Shown: positions 47,572 to 56,901, numbered from the stretch's first letter. The stretch: DNA of 64,000 nucleotides from Bacillota bacterium (GCA_017417045.1 JAFPZZ010000004.1:3030-67029); one strand, 5' to 3'. Made by a program: numbers and translations. Notes: generated by a model from the letters alone, not told the origin.

Positions 47572-48645
47572 ATGTACAAAGAAAGAGTAAACAGGGTCGC
47601 CGCGGAGATGGACAAGGCGGGCATATCGCAGCTTCTCGTGACCGATCCCGACAGCATCAGATATCTTACCGATATATACAACCATCCGATGGAGCGCTTC
47701 TGGGGCTTTCTGATCAGGAAAGACGGAGGGAACGTGCTCTTCGCGAACAGGCTCTTCAGGCTCGGGCCGGTGGACGCAGAGGTCGTACTATTCGACGATA
47801 CCGATCCTGTCGCCGGAGTGGTCTGCCCCTACCTTGCCGAGGGAACGCTCGGGGTCGACAGCACCATGACCGCGAGGTTCCTGTTGCCATTTATGAGCAG
47901 GATGCCCGGGCTCAGGCCCGTTCTCGCCGACGCCTGCGTGAACGACGTTCGCGCCTGCAAGGACGAGGAGGAGCAGCGCAGGATGATAGAATCCTCCGAG
48001 ATCAACGACCGCGCCATGGAAAAGCTCATGGGATTCATCAGGGACGGCGTCACCGAGAAGGAATGCGCCGAGTTCATCATGAAGTGCTACGCTGAGGAAG
48101 GCTGCCCCGGCAACGCATTTACCCCGATAGTCAGCTTCGGCGCCAACGCCGCCGACCCGCACCATCACGCCGACGGCACCGTGCTGAAAGACGGCGACTG
48201 CATACTGGTCGACACCGGCTGCGTCTGGAAGTCCTACTGCAGCGACATGACCAGGACCTTCTACTGGAAATACGTCTCCGAGGAGGACGAGAGGATATAC
48301 AACATCTGCCGCGACGCGAACCTGCTCGCGGAGGCCGAGGTCAGGCCCGGAAGGATGTTCAAGGAGATAGACCTCACTGCCAGGAAGCACATCGAGAGCT
48401 TCGGCTACGGTCCCAACTTCACCCACAGGCTGGGCCACAGCATAGGCCTGGCAGATCACGAGGGCGAGGACGTGAGCTCCGTGAACGATCATATCATCAA
48501 GCCCGGAATGTGCTTCTCGATCGAGCCCGGCATCTATCTGCCCGGAAAGACCGGTGTTCGCGTAGAGGACCTCGTGCTCGTTACCGAGGACGGCTGCAGG
48601 ATACTCAACAGCTTCAGCAAGGAGCTCATGATACTCGGAAAATAA
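47572..48645 (+). CDS. M24-family Xaa-Pro peptidase
   Basis: Creatinase-like N-domain. Metal ligands in DTGC..YCSDMTRT, HRLGHSIG, FSIEPG and VRVED. Confidence 0.85.
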   Translation: MYKERVNRVAAEMDKAGISQLLVTDPDSIRYLTDIYNHPMERFWGFLIRKDGGNVLFANRLFRLGPVDAEVVLFDDTDPVAGVVCPYLAEGTLGVDSTMTARFLLPFMSRMPGLRPVLADACVNDVRACKDEEEQRRMIESSEINDRAMEKLMGFIRDGVTEKECAEFIMKCYAEEGCPGNAFTPIVSFGANAADPHHHADGTVLKDGDCILVDTGCVWKSYCSDMTRTFYWKYVSEEDERIYNICRDANLLAEAEVRPGRMFKEIDLTARKHIESFGYGPNFTHRLGHSIGLADHEGEDVSSVNDHIIKPGMCFSIEPGIYLPGKTGVRVEDLVLVTEDGCRILNSFSKELMILGK

Positions 48646-48725
48646 GGGGCGCCCCGCGGGGCTGATGCTTCGCGGGCGTATTAACGGCCGCCGCTGCGCC
48701 GGCGGGAGGCCGGATATACAGGAGT

Positions 48726-49598
48726 TTGGAATTGATACACGAAATATATCCGAAGGTATTCTTCAACCAGTACGATCCTTCAAAAAGGCCCGCGGCCGAA
48801 GACCGCGTCATAGCTTTCGCGGGCAGGGAATTTCTGTGCCGCATCGAGGGCGATCAGATCAGCTATCCCTCATACTCCGAGGCAAGGGCCGCGGCGCCGG
48901 ATGACGCAGCGTTCATCTATGCCTTCGATATCAGCGGAGAGGATTACTACCTCTGCAGGACGCCGGAGAGGCTCTCCATAGAGGGCTTTGAATACAGCGA
49001 TATCTCGACCTACGGCAAGGTCTTCCCCATGGACAGGGCCTACGCCGCCATAATAGCCTTTCATCTCAACAACTGGTACAGCAGCGAGCGCTACTGCGGC
49101 CGCTGCGGGAGCGAGCTCGTCCCCGACGGAAAGGAGCGCGCCATGCGCTGCCCCAAGTGCGGGAACCTCATATATCCCAGGATCAACCCCTGCGTCATAG
49201 TAGGCGTCATAAACGACGGGAAGATACTCTGCACCCAGTACAACAGGCCGAACGCGGGGAGATTCGCTCTCATAGCGGGCTTCGCCGAGATAGGGGAGAG
49301 CCTGGAGGAGTGCGTCAAGAGGGAGGTCATGGAGGAGGTCGGGCTCAAGGTCAAGGACCTCAGGTTCTACAAGAGCGAGCCCTGGGGCATGAGCTCAAGC
49401 CTGCTCTCCGGCTTCTACTGCCGCGTAGACGGCGATCCAGAGCCCCATCCGGACGGGGTCGAGATAGCCGCGGGGCGCTGGTTCTCCAGAGAGGACCTGC
49501 TTGAGATATACACCCCCAGCCACGTTGCGCTCACAAGCGACATGATAACTAAGTTCATGCGCGGCGAGGTGACGGAGGAGAGTCTGTTCGGTAAGTGA
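48726..49598 (+). CDS. nudC: NAD(+) diphosphatase (NADH pyrophosphatase)
   Basis: Zinc ribbon CGRCG..CPKCG followed by the Nudix box GFAEIGESLEECVKREVMEEVG. TTG start. Confidence 0.85.
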   Translation: MELIHEIYPKVFFNQYDPSKRPAAEDRVIAFAGREFLCRIEGDQISYPSYSEARAAAPDDAAFIYAFDISGEDYYLCRTPERLSIEGFEYSDISTYGKVFPMDRAYAAIIAFHLNNWYSSERYCGRCGSELVPDGKERAMRCPKCGNLIYPRINPCVIVGVINDGKILCTQYNRPNAGRFALIAGFAEIGESLEECVKREVMEEVGLKVKDLRFYKSEPWGMSSSLLSGFYCRVDGDPEPHPDGVEIAAGRWFSREDLLEIYTPSHVALTSDMITKFMRGEVTEESLFGK

Positions 49599-50164
49599 TG
49601 GGCATCGGTTTCTATACGGAGGCGCTGCTCTTCGGGGTGGCGCTCGCCATGGACGCCTTCGCGGTATCGGTCGTGAGCGGCCTGAACGAGCCGCGCATGA
49701 GGCTGTCGAGGATGAACAGGATAGCTGGCTGCTTCGCTCTATTTCAGATCTTCATGCCGCTCGCCGGCTGGCTCCTAGTCACCAAGGCGGAGGAGACCTT
49801 CGAGGATCTGAGCGCGTACATCCCCTGGATTGCGCTCGTTTTGCTGGTCTATCTCGGATCAATGATGATATACGAGGCGCTGAGGCCCGGTGACGCCGAG
49901 GAGAAGCCCGTCATGAGCACGGGAGACCTCATAGTCCAGGGGGTCGCGACCTCGATAGACGCTCTGTCGGTTGGCTTTACCATAGCCGGACTCGGAGCGA
50001 TGCAGGCGCTCACGGAGGCGCTCATAATAGGCGCCGTGACCTACGTCATCTGCATGTGCGGCATACGCGCCGGTAAGTATTTCGGCGAGATGCTCGCGAA
50101 GAAGGCGCCGCTGCTGGGCGGAGTCATACTGATAGCCATAGGACTGAAGGTGTTCTTCGGCTGA
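49598..50164 (+). CDS. mntP: manganese efflux pump MntP
   Basis: ALAMDAFAVS and SIDALSVG repeated half-domains, ~6 TM. The ATG overlaps the nudC stop (TGATG). Confidence 0.85.
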   Translation: MGIGFYTEALLFGVALAMDAFAVSVVSGLNEPRMRLSRMNRIAGCFALFQIFMPLAGWLLVTKAEETFEDLSAYIPWIALVLLVYLGSMMIYEALRPGDAEEKPVMSTGDLIVQGVATSIDALSVGFTIAGLGAMQALTEALIIGAVTYVICMCGIRAGKYFGEMLAKKAPLLGGVILIAIGLKVFFG

Positions 50165-50213
50165 GCTGTTTCGGAGATCCAGACGCCTGAAACGCTGATC
50201 AACGTTTTGATCT

Positions 50214-50281
50214 GTGATCTGCAGACGTGTGATATCTGCGCACGCGTGAGATGATGCGCACGCGTGATATTCCGCGCATGA
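50214..50281. repeat. four degenerate 15-18-bp tandem units (GTGAKMTSYGCGCACGC-like) in the mntP/ylmH convergent spacer
   Basis: GTGATCTGCAGACGT / GTGATATCTGCGCACGC / GTGAGATGATGCGCACGC / GTGATATTCCGCGCATGA, read directly. Confidence 0.65.
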
Positions 50282-50286
50282 TAAAA

Positions 50287-50311
50287 GACCGCTTACGCGG
50301 CCTGTTTTTTT
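50287..50311 (+). terminator. short hairpin plus T7 downstream of mntP
   Basis: GACCGC-TTAC-GCGGCC (one mismatch) followed by TGTTTTTTT. Confidence 0.55.
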
Positions 50312-50402
50312 ATACTATGAAGCGCGTCAGGCGAGGTCCTTTTTATGCAGGATAATATGCACGGCTTTGCATAAAATTCAGATGCTGATATTCGGCGGAT
50401 AT

Positions 50403-51167
50403 TTACATATACCTGGTTATGGTAATATTTATCCTGTCCTTGCGGCTCATGCCGCCTATCTCCTTTAGAACGGCCTTTCCCTTGCCCCTCAGGACTATCT
50501 TGTCTCCTTCGGAGACCTCCGCGTCGGGCTTAAGGCACTGCATGCCGTTTTTGTATACCAGACCTGCGCGCACCGCTTCCTGAGCCTTGCCCCGGGCGAG
50601 CCTGAATGCGGATCCGACGACGCTGTCGAGCCTCAGGCTTGCTACCGTGTCGTGAGCGTCTTCTGTGCGTATCTCCCCGAGATCGAGCTCCGAGAGGGGA
50701 GCCGTCCTCACAGTCAGATTGTTTCTCCCGGCCTTGGTATATTCGCTGAGCAGGAAATCCTCCATCTCCCTAAGTATTAATATATCCGCGCCGTCCGGCC
50801 GGACTATGATGTCTCCTACGACCTCGCGCTTTATCCCGAGGCCCAGTATGGAGCCGAGATAATCCCTGTGAGTGAGCTGCCTCGAACCCTTAGGCGACGA
50901 GACCTTGAGAAGGGACAGGGGACAGTCGTCTCCTTCCGCGAGCTGAGCCTCGTCCATGTAGTCGGGGAGGAAGGCCATGATCCTGCGCTCCGCGTCGTCG
51001 TAGCCTCCGAAGAGAGAGAAGCGGGCCTTCAGATCCCTCGCTAGCTTCTCGGCGAGGGCTGCCTGGCGCATGTCAAGAAAGGCTGTATGGGTCAGTGCGT
51101 ACTGATCCTGACAGCTCCGTATCCTGTCTTCGATCTGCGCCAGCAGCAGTCTGTCTTCTTCCTGCAT
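50403..51167 (-). CDS. ylmH: YlmH-like RNA-binding S4-domain protein
   Basis: Collinear with B. subtilis YlmH: ..FLDMRQ..FGGYDDAERR..; HRDYLGSILGLGIKREVVGDI; C-terminal S4 segment SLRLDSVVGSAFRLARGKAQEAVRAGLVYKNG. Confidence 0.8.
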   Translation of the reverse strand: MQEEDRLLLAQIEDRIRSCQDQYALTHTAFLDMRQAALAEKLARDLKARFSLFGGYDDAERRIMAFLPDYMDEAQLAEGDDCPLSLLKVSSPKGSRQLTHRDYLGSILGLGIKREVVGDIIVRPDGADILILREMEDFLLSEYTKAGRNNLTVRTAPLSELDLGEIRTEDAHDTVASLRLDSVVGSAFRLARGKAQEAVRAGLVYKNGMQCLKPDAEVSEGDKIVLRGKGKAVLKEIGGMSRKDRINITITRYM

Positions 51168-51235
51168 CTTGCGTTCTCCGCTTTCTTCCTGTCGCTTCAG
51201 AGGGGCAGCGCCGAAGCCCCGGCCCTTTCCCTGTC

Positions 51236-53827
51236 TTATTCCTTCTTATCTATCCTAGCCACGTCGCCGAGCCTTATGCGGCCGGGCGAATGCGCAGCTA
51301 TTATACCGCTTATCTGAGCGTCCGCGAGTTCAACCTCGGCCCGCATCTCTCGCGAGGACATCCTCTTCACGCCCTGCCTCAGGGCGGCCAGCTGTATCAT
51401 CGCGTCTGAGCTCACGACCGAGATGGAATAATCTTTCCTCATCTCGTGCACGAGCCTCTCTATGTAGAGGTCGGCGCTCTCCCTTTCTTTGGTGTAGAGT
51501 ATGTGTATACCTCCGGCGTCCTCGGTGCCTCCAGGCCCGGGCCTCCTGTAACCGTCAAAGATCAGCATGAGCTCGCAGCCCCTGAAGCTGCGGTAGTTTA
51601 TGAGTATCTCCGCCAGGCTGTCCCTCGCGGCGCCCACGTCGGCGTCAGCGAGCTTTTTCAGCTCTTCCCAGGCGTAGATGATATTGTAGCCGTCGACGAT
51701 GAGGTATTCCTTCTTCGCGGGTCCGCTCTTTGACTTTCCGGGCTTTCCGTATTCGTAGGTAACGGAGCTGTAGGAGGGCCTTTTCGGCGGTCCGAACTCC
51801 TTTTGTATTATGGCCTCGAGGGCTTTTTCGTCGAAATCCAGGCTGCCGCTGCGCAGCTTAGGCTTCGCAGCGCTTCCGGCCTCGCCGCTGTCAAGCCTTA
51901 TCCCGCTGTCCAGATGCATGAAACGCTCCACCGCGTCCCATTTGACTATGATGCCGCTGCCGTGAGAGCAGAACACCGAGTCGGGGGTATTCTCCACGTC
52001 GCGCTCGGGATCGTAGGCCGTCTCGGCTATCACCCTTTCAGTGTCGTGGCAGGGGAAGTAGCCGCAGAAGAGGCAGCTGAGCCTGCCCTTGCCCTTGGTA
52101 TACGACATCATTACAGTCTGGTAATCCCTCATCTCGGAGACCGGGGCGCGTCCTCGAAGCAGCATGCTGCCAGCGATCTCTTCGGGTCCCTCGAAGCTCG
52201 CGTGCATGGCCTTGATATCGTATATCGCGCGGCCTACGTGCTCTCCCGGGACCTGGAGGGTGAATTCGTACCAGGGCTCGAGCAGCACGTTCTCCGCCTT
52301 CATGAGGCCCTGCCTGAGGGCCCTGCAGGCGGCCTGGCGCATGTCTCCGCCTTCGGTATGCTTGAGGTGGTTTCTGCCCGCGACCAGGGTGACCTTGACG
52401 TCGGTGAGGGGCGAGCCCGTCAGCACACCGACGTGGGTCTTCTCCATGAGATTGCCTATGATGAGCCTCTGCCAGTTAAGGTCGAGGTCGTCCGTGGATA
52501 CGGCGGATTCGTATATGATGCCGCTTCCCGCGGGCAGCGGCTCCAGCAGCAGGTGCACCTCGGCGTAGTGCCTGAGCGGTTCGAAGTGTCCAACTCCCTC
52601 GACGGGGGAGGCTATGGTCTCGCGGTACAGTATCCTGCCCGCGCCTATCTCGGCGTCCAGCCCGAAGCGGTCCTTTATAAGCTCCTGCAGGACTTCGATC
52701 TGCACCTCGCCCATGAGCCGGGCCTGTATCTCCCTGAGCCTGGGATCCCAGACTATCCTTAGCGTCGGATCCTCCTCGGAGAGGGGAGAGAGCCTCCTGT
52801 AGGCCTCGGCGGGGTCCATACCCGGAACGCTTATGCTGTAGCTGAGCGCCGGCACGAGCACGGGGTCTTCCGCGTCGCTCTCGTATCCGAGCCCCTGGCC
52901 CGCGCGGCTCGCGCTGAGTCCAAGGACCGCGCATACGGCCCCGGCTTCGGCCCTTTTCAGGGTCTCAAAGCGCGTGCCCGAATACTCCCTTATCTGGGTT
53001 ATCTTTTCGCGAACGGTCTCGCCGCCGTACTCGTATTCAACGTCCTGTCTTATCTCGAGGCTCCCGCCGCTTATCTTGAGCCAGCTGAGGCGGTTGCCCT
53101 GTTCGTCGTGGGTGATCTTTATGACCCTGGCGCCGAACTCTTCCGGATACTCCGGAGGAATGATGAGACGCTCCATAGCTTCTATCAGCTCGTCCACGCC
53201 GTCCAGCTTAAGGGCCGACCCGAAGAAGCAGGGGAAGAGCTTCCTGTCCTTTATGAGCTTCGCGAGCTCTTCGTCGCCAAGCCTGCCCTCCGCGAGGTAT
53301 TTATCAAGAGCCTCCTCGCTGCAGGTCGCGGCGCTTTCGAAGATCTCGGCCTCCGGGGCGCTGAAATCCACCGCGGCGCTGCCCAGCTTCGCCTTCAGCT
53401 CCTCCATGATCTCGGCCCTGCTGCGAAGGCATATATCCATCTTGTTTATCCAGACGAAGAAGGGGATCCTGTGGCGCCTGAGGAGCTCTATAAGGGTCTC
53501 GCTGTGGGCCTGCAGCCCGTCGGGGCCGCTTATTATCAGCAGGGCGTAATCGAGGGACGATAGGGTCCTCTCCATCTCCGCGGAAAAGTCCGCGTGGCCC
53601 GGGGTGTCCTGCAGATAGACCCTGAGCCCTCCCATGTCAAAAACGGCCTGTTTGGAAAAGATGGTTATGCCTCTTTCCCTCTCGAGCCTGTCGGTGTCAA
53701 GAAAAGCATTTTTATGGTCGACCCTGCCCAGGCTGCGTATGCGTCCGCTGCGGTAGAGCAGGGCTTCCGAAAGGGTGGTCTTGCCGCTGTCGACGTGCGC
53801 GAGCACCCCTAAAACGATGTTTTTCAT
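51236..53827 (-). CDS. EF-G/TetM-like translational GTPase fused to a C-terminal Rae1/YacP-type NYN endoribonuclease domain
   Basis: G1 AHVDSGKT, G2 RGITI, G3 DTPGH, G4 NKMD plus EF-G-like domains. C-terminus LIVDGYNIIYAWEELK..LIFDG..ESADLYIE..VVSSD is collinear with YacP/Rae1. The start MKNIVLGVLAHVD matches TetM-family N-termini. Confidence 0.85.
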   Translation of the reverse strand: MKNIVLGVLAHVDSGKTTLSEALLYRSGRIRSLGRVDHKNAFLDTDRLERERGITIFSKQAVFDMGGLRVYLQDTPGHADFSAEMERTLSSLDYALLIISGPDGLQAHSETLIELLRRHRIPFFVWINKMDICLRSRAEIMEELKAKLGSAAVDFSAPEAEIFESAATCSEEALDKYLAEGRLGDEELAKLIKDRKLFPCFFGSALKLDGVDELIEAMERLIIPPEYPEEFGARVIKITHDEQGNRLSWLKISGGSLEIRQDVEYEYGGETVREKITQIREYSGTRFETLKRAEAGAVCAVLGLSASRAGQGLGYESDAEDPVLVPALSYSISVPGMDPAEAYRRLSPLSEEDPTLRIVWDPRLREIQARLMGEVQIEVLQELIKDRFGLDAEIGAGRILYRETIASPVEGVGHFEPLRHYAEVHLLLEPLPAGSGIIYESAVSTDDLDLNWQRLIIGNLMEKTHVGVLTGSPLTDVKVTLVAGRNHLKHTEGGDMRQAACRALRQGLMKAENVLLEPWYEFTLQVPGEHVGRAIYDIKAMHASFEGPEEIAGSMLLRGRAPVSEMRDYQTVMMSYTKGKGRLSCLFCGYFPCHDTERVIAETAYDPERDVENTPDSVFCSHGSGIIVKWDAVERFMHLDSGIRLDSGEAGSAAKPKLRSGSLDFDEKALEAIIQKEFGPPKRPSYSSVTYEYGKPGKSKSGPAKKEYLIVDGYNIIYAWEELKKLADADVGAARDSLAEILINYRSFRGCELMLIFDGYRRPGPGGTEDAGGIHILYTKERESADLYIERLVHEMRKDYSISVVSSDAMIQLAALRQGVKRMSSREMRAEVELADAQISGIIAAHSPGRIRLGDVARIDKKE

Positions 53828-54039
53828 ATGCGGTATTATATCATCGCCCGCGGCATAAACCAACAGAAGGCGGAGCTTTTATGGGCGGCGGCCTTACGGG
53901 GCTCTTTTTCATATCCTAAAGGTATGATGATACCCATGATATATGTATTTTAAATAGTTTCTCCCCGGGGATATTTTATATCTGTGGTCCCAAGGGACCT
54001 TTTAAGACTTTTTGTCCCGGTGGTCAAAGGAGGATCTAT

Positions 54040-55320
54040 ATGGGAAACTGTGCGGTAGTTGGAGTCAACTGGGGAGACGAAGGCAAGGGCAGGATGGTGG
54101 ACCTCATAGCTGAGGATTACGACGTGGTCGTACGCTTTCAGGGCGGCGGCAACGCCGGCCATACCGTGGTCAACGAGAAGGGAAGCTTCGCGCTGCATCT
54201 CCTTCCTTCCGGGATATTCAGAAAAGGCGTTGTGAACGTGCTCGGAAACGGGGTCGCCCTCGACCCGGAGAATCTCTGGCTCGAGATACAGGCGCTCAGG
54301 GATAAGGGCATAGATATAACGCCGAAAAACCTCAGGATAAGCGACAGGGCGCCGCTTCTGATGCCCTGGCACAGGAGGCTCGACGAGCTCGAGGAGGAGA
54401 GGCTTGCGGACAAGAAATACGGCTCCACCAAGCAGGGCATCGCGGCTTTTTATTCCGATAAATATCAAAAAAAGACTGTGCTTGCGGGCGAGCTGTTCTA
54501 TCCGGACGAGCTCCGCTGCCATCTTAAGGACATAAGCGAGTGGAAGAACCTCATACTGACGGAGGTATACGGAGCCGAAGCGTATACCGAAGAGATGCTG
54601 GAGAAGTGGATCTCGGATTTCTGCGAGCCCGTTAAGCCCTTCATCTGCGATACGGGAGCCTTCCTGAGGGAAGCCGCGGCTGAGGGAAAGAGGGTACTCT
54701 TCGAGGCCCAGCTCGGGGCGCTGAGGGATCTCGATTACGGCATCTGTCCCTATACCACCTCTTCCAATACGCTCGCCCGCTACGCCCCCATAGGCGCAGG
54801 CGCGCCTACCGTCGTTCCCGACGAGGTGATAGGCGTCGTAAAGGCTTATTCGACCTGCGTAGGGGAGGGGCCGTTCGTAAGCGAGCTCTTCGGCGAAGAA
54901 GGAGAGAAGCTCCGCGCTGAAGGCCGTGAATACGGCGCCAAGACCGGCAGGCCGCGCAGGGTCGGCGCTCTGGACCTCGTGGCCACGCGCTACGGGGCAG
55001 AAGTGCAGGACGCGAGCGTCATCGCCGTCACGAAGCTCGACGTATTGAGCTGCATGGAAACTATACCCGTCTGCGTACGCTACAGGGTGAACGGCGCCGA
55101 GACCGAGAGCTTCCCGTTCCCCGCGCTGCTGGCCGGCGCCGAGCCCGTTATCGAGCGCGTAAAGGGCTGGGGCTGCGATATCTCCGGCGCGAGGAAGTGG
55201 GAGGACCTGCCCGAAGCCGCCAGGAGCTACGTCGATATGATAGAAAAGGCCGCCGGTCGTCTCGTGAGATATATCTCCGTCGGACCCGAGAGGGACAGCA
55301 TAATAATCAGGGAGGCATGA
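54040..55320 (+). CDS. purA: adenylosuccinate synthase
   Basis: GVNWGDEGKGRMVDL, GGGNAGHTV and TTKQGIG-like (STKQGIA) motifs. AAAGGAGG RBS. Confidence 0.95.
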   Translation: MGNCAVVGVNWGDEGKGRMVDLIAEDYDVVVRFQGGGNAGHTVVNEKGSFALHLLPSGIFRKGVVNVLGNGVALDPENLWLEIQALRDKGIDITPKNLRISDRAPLLMPWHRRLDELEEERLADKKYGSTKQGIAAFYSDKYQKKTVLAGELFYPDELRCHLKDISEWKNLILTEVYGAEAYTEEMLEKWISDFCEPVKPFICDTGAFLREAAAEGKRVLFEAQLGALRDLDYGICPYTTSSNTLARYAPIGAGAPTVVPDEVIGVVKAYSTCVGEGPFVSELFGEEGEKLRAEGREYGAKTGRPRRVGALDLVATRYGAEVQDASVIAVTKLDVLSCMETIPVCVRYRVNGAETESFPFPALLAGAEPVIERVKGWGCDISGARKWEDLPEAARSYVDMIEKAAGRLVRYISVGPERDSIIIREA

Positions 55321-55323
55321 GAA

Positions 55324-56739
55324 ATGACAGACAGATACGAATCGCCGCTCTCGTCGCGCTATGCCTCGGGCCATATGCTCCGGCTCTTCTCCCAGGACAA
55401 CAGGTACTCGACCTGGAGAAAGCTCTGGGCCGCCCTTGCGAGGGAGGAGATGAAGCTCGGCCTTCCTATAATTCAGGAGCAGGTGGACGAGCTCGAAGCC
55501 CATACTGAAGATATCGACTACGACGTGGTCAGGGCCAGGGAAAAGGAAGTCCGCCACGACGTGATGGCGCACATATACGCCTACGGAAAGGCCGCGCCTT
55601 CGGCCGCGGGCATCATACACCTCGGGGCCACGAGCTGCTACGTCACTGACAACGCCGACCTCGTTATATACAGGGACGCTCTGCTCCACATACGAAAAGA
55701 GCTGCTCTCCCTGATATCGATCATGGCGGCCTTCGCGAAGGAATATCGGGCGCTCCCAACTCTGGGCTACACTCACTATCAGCCTGCCCAGCTCGTCACC
55801 GTGGGAAAGCGCGCCGCCATATGGATGCAGGACTTCGTTTCCGATCTGGAAGACGTCGACCACCTGCTCGCCACTTTGAGGTTCCTCGGCTGCCGCGGCA
55901 CCACGGGGACAGAGGCGAGCTTCATGGAGCTGTTCGGAGGGGATGAGGAAAAGATAGACGAGATGAACAGGGCCCTCGCGGCGCAGTTCGGCTTTTCCTC
56001 CTGCTTCGACGTCTGCGGCCAGACCTATCCCCGCAAGACTGACAGCAGGATACTCTCCGTGCTGTCCTGCATAGCGCAGAGCTGCTACCGCCTCGCGGGC
56101 GACATAAGGCTGCTGCAGCACGACAGGCAGATAGAGGAGCCCTTCGAGGACGATCAAATAGGATCCTCGGCCATGGCATACAAGCGCAATCCCATGCGCT
56201 GCGAGAGGATATGCTCGCTGTCGAGATATCTCATGGCCGACGCCATGAACGCCCCCATGACGGCTTCGGCGCAGTGGATGGAGCGCACCTTGGACGATTC
56301 CGCCAACCGCCGCATCTCCATGCCAGAGGGCTTCCTCTGCGCGGACTCGGTGCTGAGGCTGTGTATAAACGTGACGGGCGGGCTCAGGGTCAATCCTAAG
56401 ATGATAGAAAAGAGCGTCGAGGAGTATATGCCCTTCATGGCTACCGAGGACCTGCTCATGGAAGCGGTGAAGAGGGGCGGCGACAGGCAGGAGCTCCACG
56501 AGATCATCAGGAGCTGCTCCATGGAGGCTACCGCCCGCATGAAGAACGGCGAGAGCTGCGACCTCCTGGAGAGGCTCGCGGCCGAGGAAAGCTTCGGACT
56601 CAGCTCGGACGAGATAAAGAACATACTCTCCCCGTCGGCTTATACCGGAAGGTGCGCGGCCCAGGTCGACGCCTATCTCGAAAAGCTCGCGCCTATCCTG
56701 GCCGAAGCTGAGGAGATGGACGCCGAGATCAGCCTGTGA
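55324..56739 (+). CDS. purB: adenylosuccinate lyase
   Basis: YESPLSSRYAS N-terminus and the fumarate-lyase signature GSSAMAYKRNP. Starts 3 nt after purA. Confidence 0.95.
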   Translation: MTDRYESPLSSRYASGHMLRLFSQDNRYSTWRKLWAALAREEMKLGLPIIQEQVDELEAHTEDIDYDVVRAREKEVRHDVMAHIYAYGKAAPSAAGIIHLGATSCYVTDNADLVIYRDALLHIRKELLSLISIMAAFAKEYRALPTLGYTHYQPAQLVTVGKRAAIWMQDFVSDLEDVDHLLATLRFLGCRGTTGTEASFMELFGGDEEKIDEMNRALAAQFGFSSCFDVCGQTYPRKTDSRILSVLSCIAQSCYRLAGDIRLLQHDRQIEEPFEDDQIGSSAMAYKRNPMRCERICSLSRYLMADAMNAPMTASAQWMERTLDDSANRRISMPEGFLCADSVLRLCINVTGGLRVNPKMIEKSVEEYMPFMATEDLLMEAVKRGGDRQELHEIIRSCSMEATARMKNGESCDLLERLAAEESFGLSSDEIKNILSPSAYTGRCAAQVDAYLEKLAPILAEAEEMDAEISL

Positions 56740-56812
56740 CGGCGCGGGCAGGGAACGAAGCGGAGGAGATGGCTACGGAGATCGGTCCGTGATCGCGCAG
56801 GCAGGGACGCGC
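56710..56812 (+). repeat. 53-bp tandem duplication: the last codons and stop of purB, repeated once at ~78% identity, then a third partial copy to ~56840
   Basis: GAGGAGATGGACGCCGAGATCAGCCTGTGACGGCGCGGGCAGGGA versus GAGGAGATGGCTACGGAGATCGGTCCGTGATCGCGCAGGCAGGGA. Confidence 0.75.
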
Positions 56813-56901
56813 GGAAGAAAATCTCAGCCTGCGTCAATATAAACGCCTGCGATATGATAAACGTGTTATAATACGCATTATATATGAAATGGAGGCCAGG
56901 A

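Noticed and set aside
51236-53827. Calling the GTPase a tet(M)/tet(O)-type tetracycline resistance gene.
   Set aside because: Similarity is at the level of the EF-G/TetM superfamily N-terminus only. The C-terminal NYN fusion and the chromosomal housekeeping context (ylmH, purAB) argue against a ribosomal protection resistance determinant.
53864-54039. A purine riboswitch or PurR box in the purA leader; a small GGTCCC-AA-GGGACC hairpin plus T-run sits at 53987-54004.
   Set aside because: I could not find the conserved purine-riboswitch junction/loop sequences. The hairpin is only 6 bp, and there is no supporting evidence from sequence alone.
53950-56499. 849-aa ORF on the minus strand, antisense to purA-purB. 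Similar long antisense ORFs lie at 18644-20434, 58635-60245, 46132-47457, 35897-37321, 6683-8074, 9899-11098, 24020-25042, 25275-26282 and 27526-28620.
   Set aside because: Each lies opposite a gene with clear family motifs. Their translations are Arg/Gly/Ala/His-rich low-information sequence with no motifs. Long open antisense frames are expected in GC-rich coding DNA.
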